A DNA stretch of 64,000 nucleotides from a virus (IMGVR_UViG_3300032303_002003:68904-132903), one strand, 5' to 3'; numbered from the stretch's first letter, positions 40,125 to 50,088 are shown. Notes: generated from the letters alone by a model not told the origin. Numbers and translations are program-made.

Positions 40125-41003
40125 TCATATATTAGGAATTGCTTTTGTTGTTATATTAACTTCACCAAGTAAATCCAAATTTAAAAAAACTGATTTATCT
40201 GATAATATAGATGAATATTTTGCAAACAAAGCGGAAATATCGGGTTGTGGAGTACCACCAAGTTTTATTGGACTATAAAATTTCCATAATTGAGTAAGGG
40301 CTCCCTTGGAAGTATAATCAGGAATAAATTTTAATCCCACAGGATTTTCTACTTTATATATTTTAACATCAGGAAATGACAGTTTTTTTTGTTTAAAAAA
40401 TTGAATTAATTTTTCTCTTATTTTTAACCCATCATCATTTGGATTTAATCCTAAAATTTCCCGTAACCTTTGAACTCTAGTGTATGTTTCCTCCTCAGAT
40501 TGTACATAATTGTCTTTTCCGTCCTGTGCATTATAATATCCTGTTGAATTTGAATGACTTTTTTCTCCAAGAGATTCTAATTTGAAATCTATAAGGTGAC
40601 CCATTTCATGCAGAATTGTATCATACAAAATACTACCTTTAGCTGAAATCTGATTTCCATTCTTTTGAAATAATTTATTTAAAGCCAAATTTATAATATT
40701 TGGATTTTGTTTGTTAACCCAACCAAGTTTGTCAGATTTTGGTATAATTTTAAATTTTATGTTTGGAATAAAATTCTTAATTTCATTAATATTTTTTTTA
40801 TTTTTAAATTTTGCAATTGTTTCTGGCTTAGAATAATGTGATTTATAATATTCTTTAACTTTATTTCCTTCTGTTTTAATCAAATTATTAATCTTTGATT
40901 TTTCTTCTGTGGTTAAAGTTGCTGGTCTGGTATTTTGTTCTTTTATAATTCTTTTAACTAACCGAGTCATATCCTTTTCGGTTAACCTTACGATTTTTGC
41001 CAT
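40125..41003 (-). CDS. leader-bearing zincin-like metallopeptidase
   Basis: MAKIVRLTEKDMTRLVKRIIKE; ILHEMGHLID ... EEETY. Confidence 0.7.
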   Translation of the reverse strand: MAKIVRLTEKDMTRLVKRIIKEQNTRPATLTTEEKSKINNLIKTEGNKVKEYYKSHYSKPETIAKFKNKKNINEIKNFIPNIKFKIIPKSDKLGWVNKQNPNIINLALNKLFQKNGNQISAKGSILYDTILHEMGHLIDFKLESLGEKSHSNSTGYYNAQDGKDNYVQSEEETYTRVQRLREILGLNPNDDGLKIREKLIQFFKQKKLSFPDVKIYKVENPVGLKFIPDYTSKGALTQLWKFYSPIKLGGTPQPDISALFAKYSSILSDKSVFLNLDLLGEVNITTKAIPNI

Positions 41004-41049
41004 AAAAATATTTTAATAATAAATACTCATATAAAATAAAAAACCCCAA

Positions 41050-41409
41050 TTAAGAACTAATGGGGTCAGGAATAAATTTCAATAAATCATTAACCTTTTT
41101 TATATCATATTTATCGGCAAACCATTCCCTAACATATCTCATAGCATCATCATCACAAACGGAAAAGAATCGGCAAATCATATTACATAATTCAAGCCCA
41201 CGAAATATTGAAATGGAATCATTTTTGCAAACCTTAAATGATAATATCAAAATACCTTTATTGGAATAAAGATTATATGTGTCCTTATTTATTTTCCAAG
41301 TTTGTCCATAAAGTTCATAAACAGGGGTGAAAGTACATTTAACATTAATTCCATCACCAACATAACCATCAAGAAATTTATTAATAACCTTTTTTAAATG
41401 TTGTTCCAT
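41050..41409 (-). CDS. hypothetical protein
   Basis: ICRFFSV..DDAMRYVREWF; TATCTTTG promoter upstream. Confidence 0.65.
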   Translation of the reverse strand: MEQHLKKVINKFLDGYVGDGINVKCTFTPVYELYGQTWKINKDTYNLYSNKGILILSFKVCKNDSISIFRGLELCNMICRFFSVCDDDAMRYVREWFADKYDIKKVNDLLKFIPDPISS

Positions 41410-41510
41410 AATATATCTTTTTTACAAAGATAATGAAACATAATTAAATCACCAAAAAAAGGGGCGGGGGGATTAAACCGACCGAAGGGAGGGGACGAAG
41501 TCCGTCAGTC

Positions 41511-41541
41511 AAAAAAAACCCCACTCTTATTAGGAATGGGG
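41511..41541 (-). terminator. intrinsic terminator (CCCCA family)
   Basis: CCCCA...TGGGG with A8 on the plus strand. Confidence 0.55.
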
Positions 41542-41563
41542 ATAATTTAATATAATAAAATTA

Positions 41564-41914
41564 TTAAACATAAGAAGAACCTGAAGACTTTTGATTTTTA
41601 ACATACTCAGAACATCCACAAGCATCACTTAACAATTTATCGGCGGCGTCAGATATCGGGGTATCATTATTTACTTGTTTCGGAACATTACAAAAATATT
41701 TAACTCCCGTTTTGTCAAAATTCTTATTAGACCCCCTATGTGACCCTTGGAAATAACAACCTTGTGAGTCTTTTATAATTGTATCCAAATCAGTCAAATC
41801 ATTACCAACTCTAATTTTTATTACATTTGGTAATTTTTCAAGTTTTTGTTCTTGAATAACTCTTCTAACAAGTCTTGTTAAATCTGATTCCGTTAATCTT
41901 ATAATCTTTGCCAT
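41564..41914 (-). CDS. leader-bearing small protein
   Basis: MAKIIRLTESDLTRLVRRVIQE. Confidence 0.7.
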   Translation of the reverse strand: MAKIIRLTESDLTRLVRRVIQEQKLEKLPNVIKIRVGNDLTDLDTIIKDSQGCYFQGSHRGSNKNFDKTGVKYFCNVPKQVNNDTPISDAADKLLSDACGCSEYVKNQKSSGSSYV

Positions 41915-41936
41915 AATATTTTTGTTTTATGATAAA

Positions 41937-42239
41937 TTAAAAGTCTGTTTCGGGGTCAGCAGCATTTAACCTTGGTTTTCTTCCCGTATTAGTTGTTGGA
42001 GGTGTTTGTCTCGTTGGTGCAGTTGGTTGAGGTCTATTAGGAGCCGGGAACTTAATTTGACTATTCTGAGTCGGAACAATACAGAATCCTCCATCTGAAG
42101 TCATAATTCCCCATTTATTATTTTGAAACTTTAATGTTCCTTGTGTACCATCGGTACAGGTTGCGTTTGTTTCTTCATTAATTACTCTTCTAACGATTTT
42201 ATTTAAATCTGATTCAGTTAATCTTACAATTTTTGACAT
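41937..42239 (-). CDS. leader-bearing small protein
   Basis: MSKIVRLTESDLNKIVRRVINEE. Confidence 0.7.
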   Translation of the reverse strand: MSKIVRLTESDLNKIVRRVINEETNATCTDGTQGTLKFQNNKWGIMTSDGGFCIVPTQNSQIKFPAPNRPQPTAPTRQTPPTTNTGRKPRLNAADPETDF

Positions 42240-42280
42240 AATATATTTTTAATAATAAATATCACACACGGGGAAAAAAA

Positions 42281-42574
42281 TCAATCACCACCATAATCAT
42301 CTTCAGAGCCAGCTTCCAAATAATAAAACCTAACCCTACCATTAAGTCCAATGGCATCCCTTATATCAAGAACGGAATCTTCAAACTTTTTCCAATCATC
42401 AAAATCACCCCAATCATTAATTTTAAAAAAAATATTATATATCATATTTTTTTCCTTATCAATATAATGACTATTCATATCCCTTTCCGAACTTACCTCA
42501 ATTTCCACAATAAATGGATATTGTTTTTTCATCACGCGGGAAATCATACGTGTAAATAATTCTTTATCTTTCAT
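42281..42574 (-). CDS. small alpha/beta module protein
   Basis: KQYPFIVEIEV; TATTTAT 5 nt upstream. Confidence 0.65.
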   Translation of the reverse strand: MKDKELFTRMISRVMKKQYPFIVEIEVSSERDMNSHYIDKEKNMIYNIFFKINDWGDFDDWKKFEDSVLDIRDAIGLNGRVRFYYLEAGSEDDYGGD

Positions 42575-42638
42575 AATATATAAATATAATAAAAAACCCC
42601 CACTATTAAAGATGGGGGTTATATAAGTTTAAAAAAGA

Positions 42639-42947
42639 TTAGTCTTGCAAAAACATTCCATAAGGGTCATCAAGTGACGCTTCAATCGCGGATTCTATTT
42701 CATCTTTTTCTTCATCAGATAATGAATCATTATCTGCAGCCTCCATTGAAATATTAATTAAATCATTATAAGTTTGTTTGAGGGTTTCCAAATGACGACC
42801 GAGTTCACTTCTATATTCATCAAAAGATTTTTCTTTTTCAGGGCGGTTGGTTACATTCCATTTAGGTGAAAATTCCTCATCTTCCTTAATTACCTTTTTA
42901 ACCAATCTATTTAAATCTGCTTCCGTTAATTTTGTTATTCTTGCCAT
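42639..42947 (-). CDS. leader-bearing acidic helical protein
   Basis: MARITKLTEADLNRLVKKVIKE. Confidence 0.7.
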   Translation of the reverse strand: MARITKLTEADLNRLVKKVIKEDEEFSPKWNVTNRPEKEKSFDEYRSELGRHLETLKQTYNDLINISMEAADNDSLSDEEKDEIESAIEASLDDPYGMFLQD

Positions 42948-43023
42948 AATATTATTTTTAATTATAAATATCTCATATAAATAAAAAACCTACGTTGAAG
43001 AAATATGGGGGGATAATCTTAAA

Positions 43024-43293
43024 TCAATCTTTAATCTCATCAACAATATCCTGAAACTCACCTTCATCAGATATATAATTCAATTTATCCATAAAGTTAT
43101 AATATATTTTTTTGGAATAATTATCAACAAGTTGATTAATCCTTCTTCTGGACCTAATAGATGTTACATCAACATATTCATTTATATTTTGAATAATAAC
43201 ATCTTTTATTGAATCAATTGTTATTGGTTCATAAAATTCTTTTTCCTGTTCCAAAATATTTTTAAATTGAGATTCGGTTATAATATATTTCAT
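43024..43293 (-). CDS. leader-bearing small protein
   Basis: MKYIITESQFKNILE. Confidence 0.7.
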   Translation of the reverse strand: MKYIITESQFKNILEQEKEFYEPITIDSIKDVIIQNINEYVDVTSIRSRRRINQLVDNYSKKIYYNFMDKLNYISDEGEFQDIVDEIKD

Positions 43294-43386
43294 ATATCAT
43301 AAATACCTCACACAAATAAAAAATAATTTGATGTATCCCCCAAAATTATTTATATTTAGATATTTATAATAAAAAGGGGATACATT

Positions 43387-43938
43387 ATGGCATACAGACC
43401 TTACATATGGAGAAAGAATAATCCTGAAAAAAGATTAGAACAAAAAAGAAGAGAAAAAGTTAGAAGATATTTGAGAGATATGGGAATTCTACCACCCGTT
43501 GGAGAAGAAATGAACGAAGAACAAAAACTAATTGATACACAAATATCAAATAATGATTTTTCATATTGGGATAATATTAAATCAAATAAAGGAAGTTCAG
43601 GAGGAAAACAAATTAAAACAAAAATAAAATCTCCCGAATATATTATTTGGTATAGGGCTAAAGAAAATGCAAAGAAAAAAAATTATGAATTTAATTTAGA
43701 AATACTTGATATAACAATACCCGAATATTGTCCCCTTCTTGGAATTAAATTAATATGGGGAATAGAAAATAAAAATTCAAATAACTATTATTCCATAGAT
43801 AGAATAGATAGTTCAAAAGGTTATGTTAAAGGAAATATACAGATAGTATCACTTCTAGCAAATACTATGAAAAATAATGCAACAAAAGAACAACTTATTA
43901 CCTTCGCAAAAAATATTCTCAATATATACAAACCCTAA
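43387..43938 (+). CDS. HNH-like free-standing endonuclease
   Basis: YCPLLGIKL...YSIDRIDSSKGYVKGNIQIVSLLANTMK. Confidence 0.8.
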   Translation: MAYRPYIWRKNNPEKRLEQKRREKVRRYLRDMGILPPVGEEMNEEQKLIDTQISNNDFSYWDNIKSNKGSSGGKQIKTKIKSPEYIIWYRAKENAKKKNYEFNLEILDITIPEYCPLLGIKLIWGIENKNSNNYYSIDRIDSSKGYVKGNIQIVSLLANTMKNNATKEQLITFAKNILNIYKP

Positions 43939-44146
43939 TTTTTAGAAAAAAAATGCCAAAATTTTTTTTTAATATACCACCCCTTTTTATAAACACCCCG
44001 TCGTGTTTTAGAAAAACAAAATCTAAAATACCCCCATTTACCCAAAAATTTTTTTTTGATTAACATAGGGGATTGTCCCCCCTATTAGTGACAAAATGAC
44101 GGGTAGGGAGGGGGGATACGGAGAATAGGTCAGGGGGGGAGGGTAG

Positions 44147-44218
44147 TTATCCCCACTGAGGGGGGGTAGGTATGTGGATAACTTTTTATTATCCCCCTCC
44201 CCATATAAGTTATCCACA
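44147..44218. promoter_or_regulatory. DnaA-box cluster (left)
   Basis: TGTGGATAA 44173-44181, TTATCCACA 44210-44218, TTATCCCCA 44147-44155, in non-coding G-run-rich DNA. Confidence 0.6.
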
Positions 44219-44299
44219 GTATGACACCTTGTCTGTTAATAACTTTATTTCCATATGTCTTGACTATATCATATCTTTGTACCCAATAAAATAAATCAT

Positions 44300-44701
44300 A
44301 TGACGGACGAACAAGCTATCAAGTTTAATAAGTATGTTGCAAAGCAGACCAAGAATGTTATGGTGGATAGGGTAATAGAAGTCACAACATATAGAATGCA
44401 GTTAAAGGTTAAGGTATCATCTGTTATTGCTCCCAAAGGTAAGTGGGGTGATTTCAGATTTAATGTTAAGGTGGTGGAGAGTAAGGTTAAATCATCTGTA
44501 TGGAATCAGGATGGTACAAGAGTTAGAGATAACAATGGGGACCTTGTGTTTGAATATGTTCCCCGACGCATAAATAGAAGTGATGTTAATAACACCAATA
44601 ATAATATCAGAAGGGAAGTTGGATATAAGTGTAGGGAGATGTTGGGGTTCTTTGGTATTGATGGATGGAGGGTTAAGGTTGAGAAGGTAACCCACTCTTA
44701 A
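44300..44701 (+). CDS. basic hypothetical protein
   Basis: ORF track; TATCTTTG upstream. Confidence 0.7.
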   Translation: MTDEQAIKFNKYVAKQTKNVMVDRVIEVTTYRMQLKVKVSSVIAPKGKWGDFRFNVKVVESKVKSSVWNQDGTRVRDNNGDLVFEYVPRRINRSDVNNTNNNIRREVGYKCREMLGFFGIDGWRVKVEKVTHS

Positions 44702-45128
44702 GTGCATCCTTATCAATATAGAAATTTGATATATCAAATACTCTTTCATTTGCTAATCTTAATTCTTGGGGGATTGCATTGGACCGAGCTACACTATGTA
44801 GTATATTTAGTATATCATCAATAAGTGGTTTGAAATAAGCAATTCTTTCTTGTATGTTATCACCATTAAAAAATGCTGCAAAACTTGATGCTCCCCATAT
44901 ATTTGGGTCAGAGCTCAAATAATACCTCATATAGAAGTTATCAATCTCATACTTTGGCATAATCTCCATTAACTTATAAATGTCAATGTATATATCTAAA
45001 AATATTAGGGATTTATATTTCTCCACATCATCGGGGACCACCAATCTAATAATAAATGGATAATTTTTTTTTAATATCTTTTTAACCGCCTTAAAGGGGA
45101 AACTACTTTCTACTTCCTGTTTATTCAT
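44673..45128 (-). CDS. alpha/beta module protein
   Basis: KNYPFIIRLVV; TATTTAT 4 nt upstream. Confidence 0.65.
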   Translation of the reverse strand: MNKQEVESSFPFKAVKKILKKNYPFIIRLVVPDDVEKYKSLIFLDIYIDIYKLMEIMPKYEIDNFYMRYYLSSDPNIWGASSFAAFFNGDNIQERIAYFKPLIDDILNILHSVARSNAIPQELRLANERVFDISNFYIDKDALKSGLPSQP

Positions 45129-45197
45129 ACATATAAATATATTATATATAATAAAAATAGATTTTGCCGTCTCAATTAATTGTCGTACCTTTGTACT

Positions 45198-45611
45198 ATG
45201 AAAGTAACAACAAAGACATATAATCTATCCCCCCGTGAGCATAAGCGTATCGTGGGGGAAACCATTAAGTGGTGTCAGCAGTTCTTTGGTATAAACCATA
45301 GGAGAAAAAATGAGTTCACTTATTATGTGGGTCCCCAACCCAAACGCTTACTTAAAAAATATGGTAAGTACTTCGGGTGTTATGACTGCGTTAAAAATAA
45401 GTTGAATATATTTCCCGAGAACAATAAGAATATTAAAGACCTGATTAAAACCACCATCCACGAATATACCCATTATACCCAACCCATTCGTTCCAAGTAT
45501 TACAAACTTAATGAACAGTATGGTTATCTAAACAACCCCTTTGAAGTGGTTGCTCGCACAAATGAAAAGTTATATAAAGTATGTTGGAAGTCTATTAAAG
45601 GTTCTCTATGA
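45198..45611 (+). CDS. small zincin-like (HExxH) protein
   Basis: TTIHEYTHYTQ...NPFEVVAR; TACCTTTG 4 nt upstream of ATG. Confidence 0.75.
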   Translation: MKVTTKTYNLSPREHKRIVGETIKWCQQFFGINHRRKNEFTYYVGPQPKRLLKKYGKYFGCYDCVKNKLNIFPENNKNIKDLIKTTIHEYTHYTQPIRSKYYKLNEQYGYLNNPFEVVARTNEKLYKVCWKSIKGSL

Positions 45612-45846
45612 GGACCTGACAGTGTGAAATGATTTGCTTGGGGGTGATATTGTCACCCCCATATTCGTATAGTCCCTCCACTTTAGCATCCACACATCCC
45701 CATTTAGTTGGGAGAATAGGTTTCTTATTCCATATGTGTTTGGGTTTCTCAAAATATAATAGTCCTAATGTTACCCCACTTATTCCCACCTCCACACATA
45801 TACGGTCCTCCGTTAGTCTTTGAATGTCGTATGTCAATTTGTCCAT
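45595..45846 (-). CDS. hypothetical protein
   Basis: ORF track. Confidence 0.55.
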   Translation of the reverse strand: MDKLTYDIQRLTEDRICVEVGISGVTLGLLYFEKPKHIWNKKPILPTKWGCVDAKVEGLYEYGGDNITPKQIISHCQVLIENL

Positions 45847-45883
45847 AGTGTTAAATATAGGTTAAGAACATATAAAAATAAAG

Positions 45884-45930
45884 TTATCCACACCCACTTA
45901 TCCACACTGACATATTGTCTATGGGGATAA
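45884..45930. promoter_or_regulatory. DnaA-box cluster (right)
   Basis: TTATCCACA 45884-45892 and 45898-45906, TGGGGATAA 45922-45930. Confidence 0.6.
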
Positions 45931-46717
45931 CTTTTTGTTAAAAAATTTGAAAATGTCATATTGTCAGTTGGGTGTTACAGTGGGGACAATCCCCTTCCCC
46001 CATATTAGGGGTTACAGAAATAAACATTTCCTCCCACTTTTTACCACCATTATTAGGCTGGTTATAGGTAGAACCCCACTTTTTCCCTTCTGACGCTATC
46101 AGGAGAACCACTTTTTTACTATATACATTTTCCAGCTAAAAATAGAAGACTTAAATTAAATGCGGGTGGGTGAACGTAGTGAACCTTTAGGAGTATATCT
46201 TCAACGAAAATTTGTTTTATGTCCACATTTATTCCAACGAAAAAGTGTATATTACACCACATAAAACGAACGATAATATTCCCCATTAGTAAACATATAG
46301 TATGGTGGGATTTTGTGGGGATAATATAAGTTATAAAGTTAGGGTAGATATTTACACTTTGTGTAATGGAATGAGGGTGGGTATAACTTATTATTCCCAC
46401 ATAGTATATGTAAGAAAATGAGACATATAACGGATTTATTCCTGTGGGTTTATCCCACCGACTGACAAGGAGTATATACTCTCATAATTTTACATACTAT
46501 ACCCACATAAGATATGTTATTAATATATGGGGGGTAAATTGTCGCGGCAGTGTCGCGAGAATTTAATGAGGGGAAATTATACTTCTCCGAATAGAATGAG
46601 GGGAAGAAAGAATTAACTTATGAAAGAGGACAACCCCATCCGCAGGAATGGGGGATTTGTTGTCCGAGTGAATAAGTTAATTGTTTATTCCATAGTATTT
46701 TTTTATCATTATGTATT

Positions 46718-47038
46718 ATGGAGATTAGAATAAGAAGAAGATTAAATGATGTGGATGATTTTGTTATTTTTATGATTACAGTAGTTTATCCTGCCGTCAG
46801 TCCGGTAAGTAAAACCCCCATAAATTATGGTGATTGGAATAATTATAGACAATCTGTTCTTAATTCTATTTTACGTCACGCATTAATGAGTTTCATAACT
46901 AAAGATTTCTTAAAAGAATGGGATAGTAAAGTTGAATTCGAATTGAAACAATATGTTTTATCCAAATATACTGATAAGTTATATGAGGAGTATAAGAAAA
47001 CCGCCCACTATATTAAAAATGAATTATCATCAGTATAA
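46718..47038 (+). CDS. RR-module family protein
   Basis: IRIRRRLNDVDDFV...Y.DKL.EEY. Confidence 0.65.
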   Translation: MEIRIRRRLNDVDDFVIFMITVVYPAVSPVSKTPINYGDWNNYRQSVLNSILRHALMSFITKDFLKEWDSKVEFELKQYVLSKYTDKLYEEYKKTAHYIKNELSSV

Positions 47039-47050
47039 TATTTATCTATT

Positions 47051-47347
47051 ATGAATAATTACATTAGAGCACTCAGAAGACTTTGGGCAATTGATAATTT
47101 AGTTAAATATAGATTGGAGGATTATGATAAAATATATATGGAGTATGGATTATGTGATGAGGATAAAAATTATTTTTATGCTGTTGTTAGTGGATGGGTT
47201 ATAGAACAAATGTATTATAATTACTTCGGAGATATTGATGATAGCTCTGATGAGTGGACGGAAATATTTGATGTTATGGAGAAGTATATTAATTCAGTAC
47301 ACAAAAAAACTATTATGGACTTCTTTACTGATAGATGTAATAAGTAG
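47051..47347 (+). CDS. RR-module family protein
   Basis: RALRRLWAIDNLV...LCD...FFTDRC. Confidence 0.7.
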   Translation: MNNYIRALRRLWAIDNLVKYRLEDYDKIYMEYGLCDEDKNYFYAVVSGWVIEQMYYNYFGDIDDSSDEWTEIFDVMEKYINSVHKKTIMDFFTDRCNK

Positions 47348-47764
47348 TTATTTTTTCTTTACACAATTTGGATATCTTTTCCCAAACATAGTTTTCATCC
47401 CCTTTTGAGTATATCCTTTCCAACACTTTTCTGTTAGTTCCTCTTCTGTCATTTCTTCTTTATCAGATTTTAATTTTTCTTTAACATAGTTAACTAATGG
47501 TTCTTCATATTTCATATATGATTTCCAATATTCATTATCTGTTGCCGCATTATCAATATCATTAAATTTTTTTGTTGCAATAAGTTGCCTTACAGCGTCA
47601 TAAATCGCATCTTCCGAATAATCATACACTTTAATCCTATTCTTAACATCTTTAACCAAATCATCCAATTCATCAATATCAAATCTTCTTCTAAACCACG
47701 GGCTGAGACTTTCGTTAATACCCATCACCTCCTTAATTCTCTGTATGTTTTCTTGTAAGTTCAT
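47348..47764 (-). CDS. leader plus RR-like module plus CWxGY...PNCV tail
   Basis: MNLQENIQRIKEVMGINES; ELTEKCWKGYTQKGMKTMFGKRYPNCVKKK. Confidence 0.75.
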   Translation of the reverse strand: MNLQENIQRIKEVMGINESLSPWFRRRFDIDELDDLVKDVKNRIKVYDYSEDAIYDAVRQLIATKKFNDIDNAATDNEYWKSYMKYEEPLVNYVKEKLKSDKEEMTEEELTEKCWKGYTQKGMKTMFGKRYPNCVKKK

Positions 47765-47797
47765 AATGATATAAATATCTCGTATATTTATAATGAT

Positions 47798-48121
47798 ATG
47801 AAATATGTTATAACGGAAACACAGGCTGAAAGGATTAAAATTCTTCGTAGGATTAATGGCGAGGATTGGGATTGGATAAGTGAAATAGTTGAGGAAGGAA
47901 TTGATTTATATAACCCCTGCCATTATGAAAGCAAAGAAGATTATATGGATTCTGTTGCAAGAAGTTGTGCTAATGCTTATCTATTAAACTATTTTGATTT
48001 TGGGAAGCGTTCAGATACATTTTTCCAACTTTATAATTATATGATTGCATTAATTAAAAAAAGAATGGGTGATGATATAATGAACCATTATGAAGATTTA
48101 ATAAACGATTGCGAAGATTAA
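47798..48121 (+). CDS. leader plus RR-module protein
   Basis: MKYVITETQ..ILRR...PCHY. Confidence 0.75.
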   Translation: MKYVITETQAERIKILRRINGEDWDWISEIVEEGIDLYNPCHYESKEDYMDSVARSCANAYLLNYFDFGKRSDTFFQLYNYMIALIKKRMGDDIMNHYEDLINDCED

Positions 48122-48122
48122 T

Positions 48123-48398
48123 ATGAAATACATTATAACGGAAACACAAGCTGAAAGATTGCAAGTTATGAGAAGAATAAAAGAATTAAGGGAGTATATC
48201 AAATCTTCGGATGCTTATAACTATATTTGTGATTATAGCTCATTTGATGATTTCTTATATGACGGATTATATTTGGGTATGCAAGAGGATGGAGAACTTG
48301 ATTGGGTAACATCAAATAATATTGATTATGTGTTTGATGTTATTAACACGATGTTCTATAAGGAATTAAAAAATTTTTATAAAAATAGATGCAATTAA
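48123..48398 (+). CDS. leader plus RR-module protein
   Basis: MKYIITETQ..VMRR...ICDY. Confidence 0.75.
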   Translation: MKYIITETQAERLQVMRRIKELREYIKSSDAYNYICDYSSFDDFLYDGLYLGMQEDGELDWVTSNNIDYVFDVINTMFYKELKNFYKNRCN

Positions 48399-48399
48399 T

Positions 48400-48795
48400 A
48401 TGAAATACATTATAACAGAAAATATGTTTAAAGACCTTGTCCGTAAATTAATGGGTGGCAAAAGCAAAGAAGAAATAGAAGAAAATAAGAGACGTATCAA
48501 AAAACTGATGGATAAGTATATGACCCACCATTTGTTAAGCGGATTAAAAGAAGGCGAGGTTAAGGGTTATATAAAAGGTTGGTATAAAGGAAGTAACCCT
48601 GTTATTGGTATAACACATTCAGGCATGATGAATTTTAATGAAGATTTGACTGATGACTTACAAAAAACATTTGGTTTAAATTATGATGATGCAAAGGAAG
48701 CTATTGCTATTCGTATGATAGATATGTATAACATAACTGAACCTGTTAAATGGACTAAATTCAATTATAAGGTTGAAGATGATGAAGATTATTAA
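48400..48795 (+). CDS. leader-bearing hypothetical protein
   Basis: MKYIITEN; LQKTFGLNYDDAKEAI. Confidence 0.7.
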   Translation: MKYIITENMFKDLVRKLMGGKSKEEIEENKRRIKKLMDKYMTHHLLSGLKEGEVKGYIKGWYKGSNPVIGITHSGMMNFNEDLTDDLQKTFGLNYDDAKEAIAIRMIDMYNITEPVKWTKFNYKVEDDEDY

Positions 48796-48804
48796 AAATT
48801 AATT

Positions 48805-49497
48805 ATGAAATACGCTGTAGACAATTTTAGTGATGATGAATTAATGAGAATTATTCGTAAATTTATTAATCACATATACGGGAAACAATTAACTATGAAA
48901 GAAAATAGTAGTGGGTATATTAATTTCTATTCTTCGGGACCCGTGGCACCATATCACAGAAACTTATCAGGTAGATTGTGGATTGATGATGATAGATTAT
49001 ATAATATAATAGAAACTTTCTTTTCAATAAGTGGACATCAGGCACTTGCCTTAATTGGTTTTTATTTCTCAAATTTTTATGGTATTAAAGTAACGGACGC
49101 AAGAATTCAATCTCACATATTTTTTGATACACGAATTGATTATTCACAGTTTGATGATGAGAACTATCAAGTTGAAGATGATGATGATGATGAGGATATT
49201 ATAACTGAATCGCAGTTTGATAGATATAAGAAATTAGTTAGAAAATATGTTATATCTATGAAATATCCTGGTGTTTGTAAGATTGAGGTGATGGATGATG
49301 AAGATGAAGATAAGATGTATGTTCACGTTTTCTTTTCCGCCGAGTGGTATGCAGAAACCGCTAATACTGGAGGTGAGATGAGTATTGTAAAAAAAGTTGT
49401 GGGAACAATTGTGGAAATAAAACAAGAATTGGAAGAAATGTTTTCCCCTATGAAATTTTATGTGGGACATAGCATTAGAGCAAATAAAAATTGTTAA
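48805..49497 (+). CDS. two-module protein with internal IITESQ leader-like linker
   Basis: ...EDIITESQFDRY...MKYPGVCKIEV. Confidence 0.7.
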   Translation: MKYAVDNFSDDELMRIIRKFINHIYGKQLTMKENSSGYINFYSSGPVAPYHRNLSGRLWIDDDRLYNIIETFFSISGHQALALIGFYFSNFYGIKVTDARIQSHIFFDTRIDYSQFDDENYQVEDDDDDEDIITESQFDRYKKLVRKYVISMKYPGVCKIEVMDDEDEDKMYVHVFFSAEWYAETANTGGEMSIVKKVVGTIVEIKQELEEMFSPMKFYVGHSIRANKNC

Positions 49498-49498
49498 T

Positions 49499-49783
49499 AT
49501 GAAATACATTATAACTGAAACACAAAGAGATAGATTAATGGTAAGAAGAAGATTACCTGAACTTAAAGATTTGATTCAAAACTTATTCCCTTTTTATTAT
49601 CCTTGCGATTATGATTCTTTATCAGAATATATGATGGCAATGAAAGTTGAAATGTTTGAAACACTAACACTTGATTGGTTTGAAGGTGTTGATGAAGATG
49701 TAATTTGGGATATGGTTACAGATATATATAGTGATTATATGGCCGATAACTATATCTCCAATTGTGGAGAAAACCAAAAATAA
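49499..49783 (+). CDS. leader plus RR-module protein
   Basis: MKYIITETQ..VRRR...YPCDY. Confidence 0.75.
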   Translation: MKYIITETQRDRLMVRRRLPELKDLIQNLFPFYYPCDYDSLSEYMMAMKVEMFETLTLDWFEGVDEDVIWDMVTDIYSDYMADNYISNCGENQK

Positions 49784-49788
49784 TAACT

Positions 49789-50088
49789 ATGAAATACATC
49801 ATAACGGAAACACAATTACATTATTTAAGAAGATTATCTATTATTGATAAGTTAATTAAAAGTTCTCTTGAAATGTTTGATAGATGGCACTTTTCTAATA
49901 TTGATGTTGATTATATGATTAAATATCTTGTACCAGATGTTGCCGAATTATATTTTTTTAGATTTGCCGACGACATTTATATTGATGGTGAGGATTATGG
50001 TAAATTAACAGATTTTCTTGAAGTATATTTGGAAAAAAATTGGAGAGATAAACTTGAAAGCATAATAAAAAGTCATAAAGGAAAATGA
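49789..50088 (+). CDS. leader plus RR-module protein
   Basis: MKYIITETQLHYLRRL. Confidence 0.75.
   Translation: MKYIITETQLHYLRRLSIIDKLIKSSLEMFDRWHFSNIDVDYMIKYLVPDVAELYFFRFADDIYIDGEDYGKLTDFLEVYLEKNWRDKLESIIKSHKGK

Noticed and set aside
44101-44170. G-quadruplex claim for the G-runs
   Set aside because: Possible from sequence but untestable here; folded into the origin-like region finding.
46119-46400. 93-aa ORF in the non-coding tract
   Set aside because: Atypical composition, no recognisable promoter or leader; treated as probably spurious.
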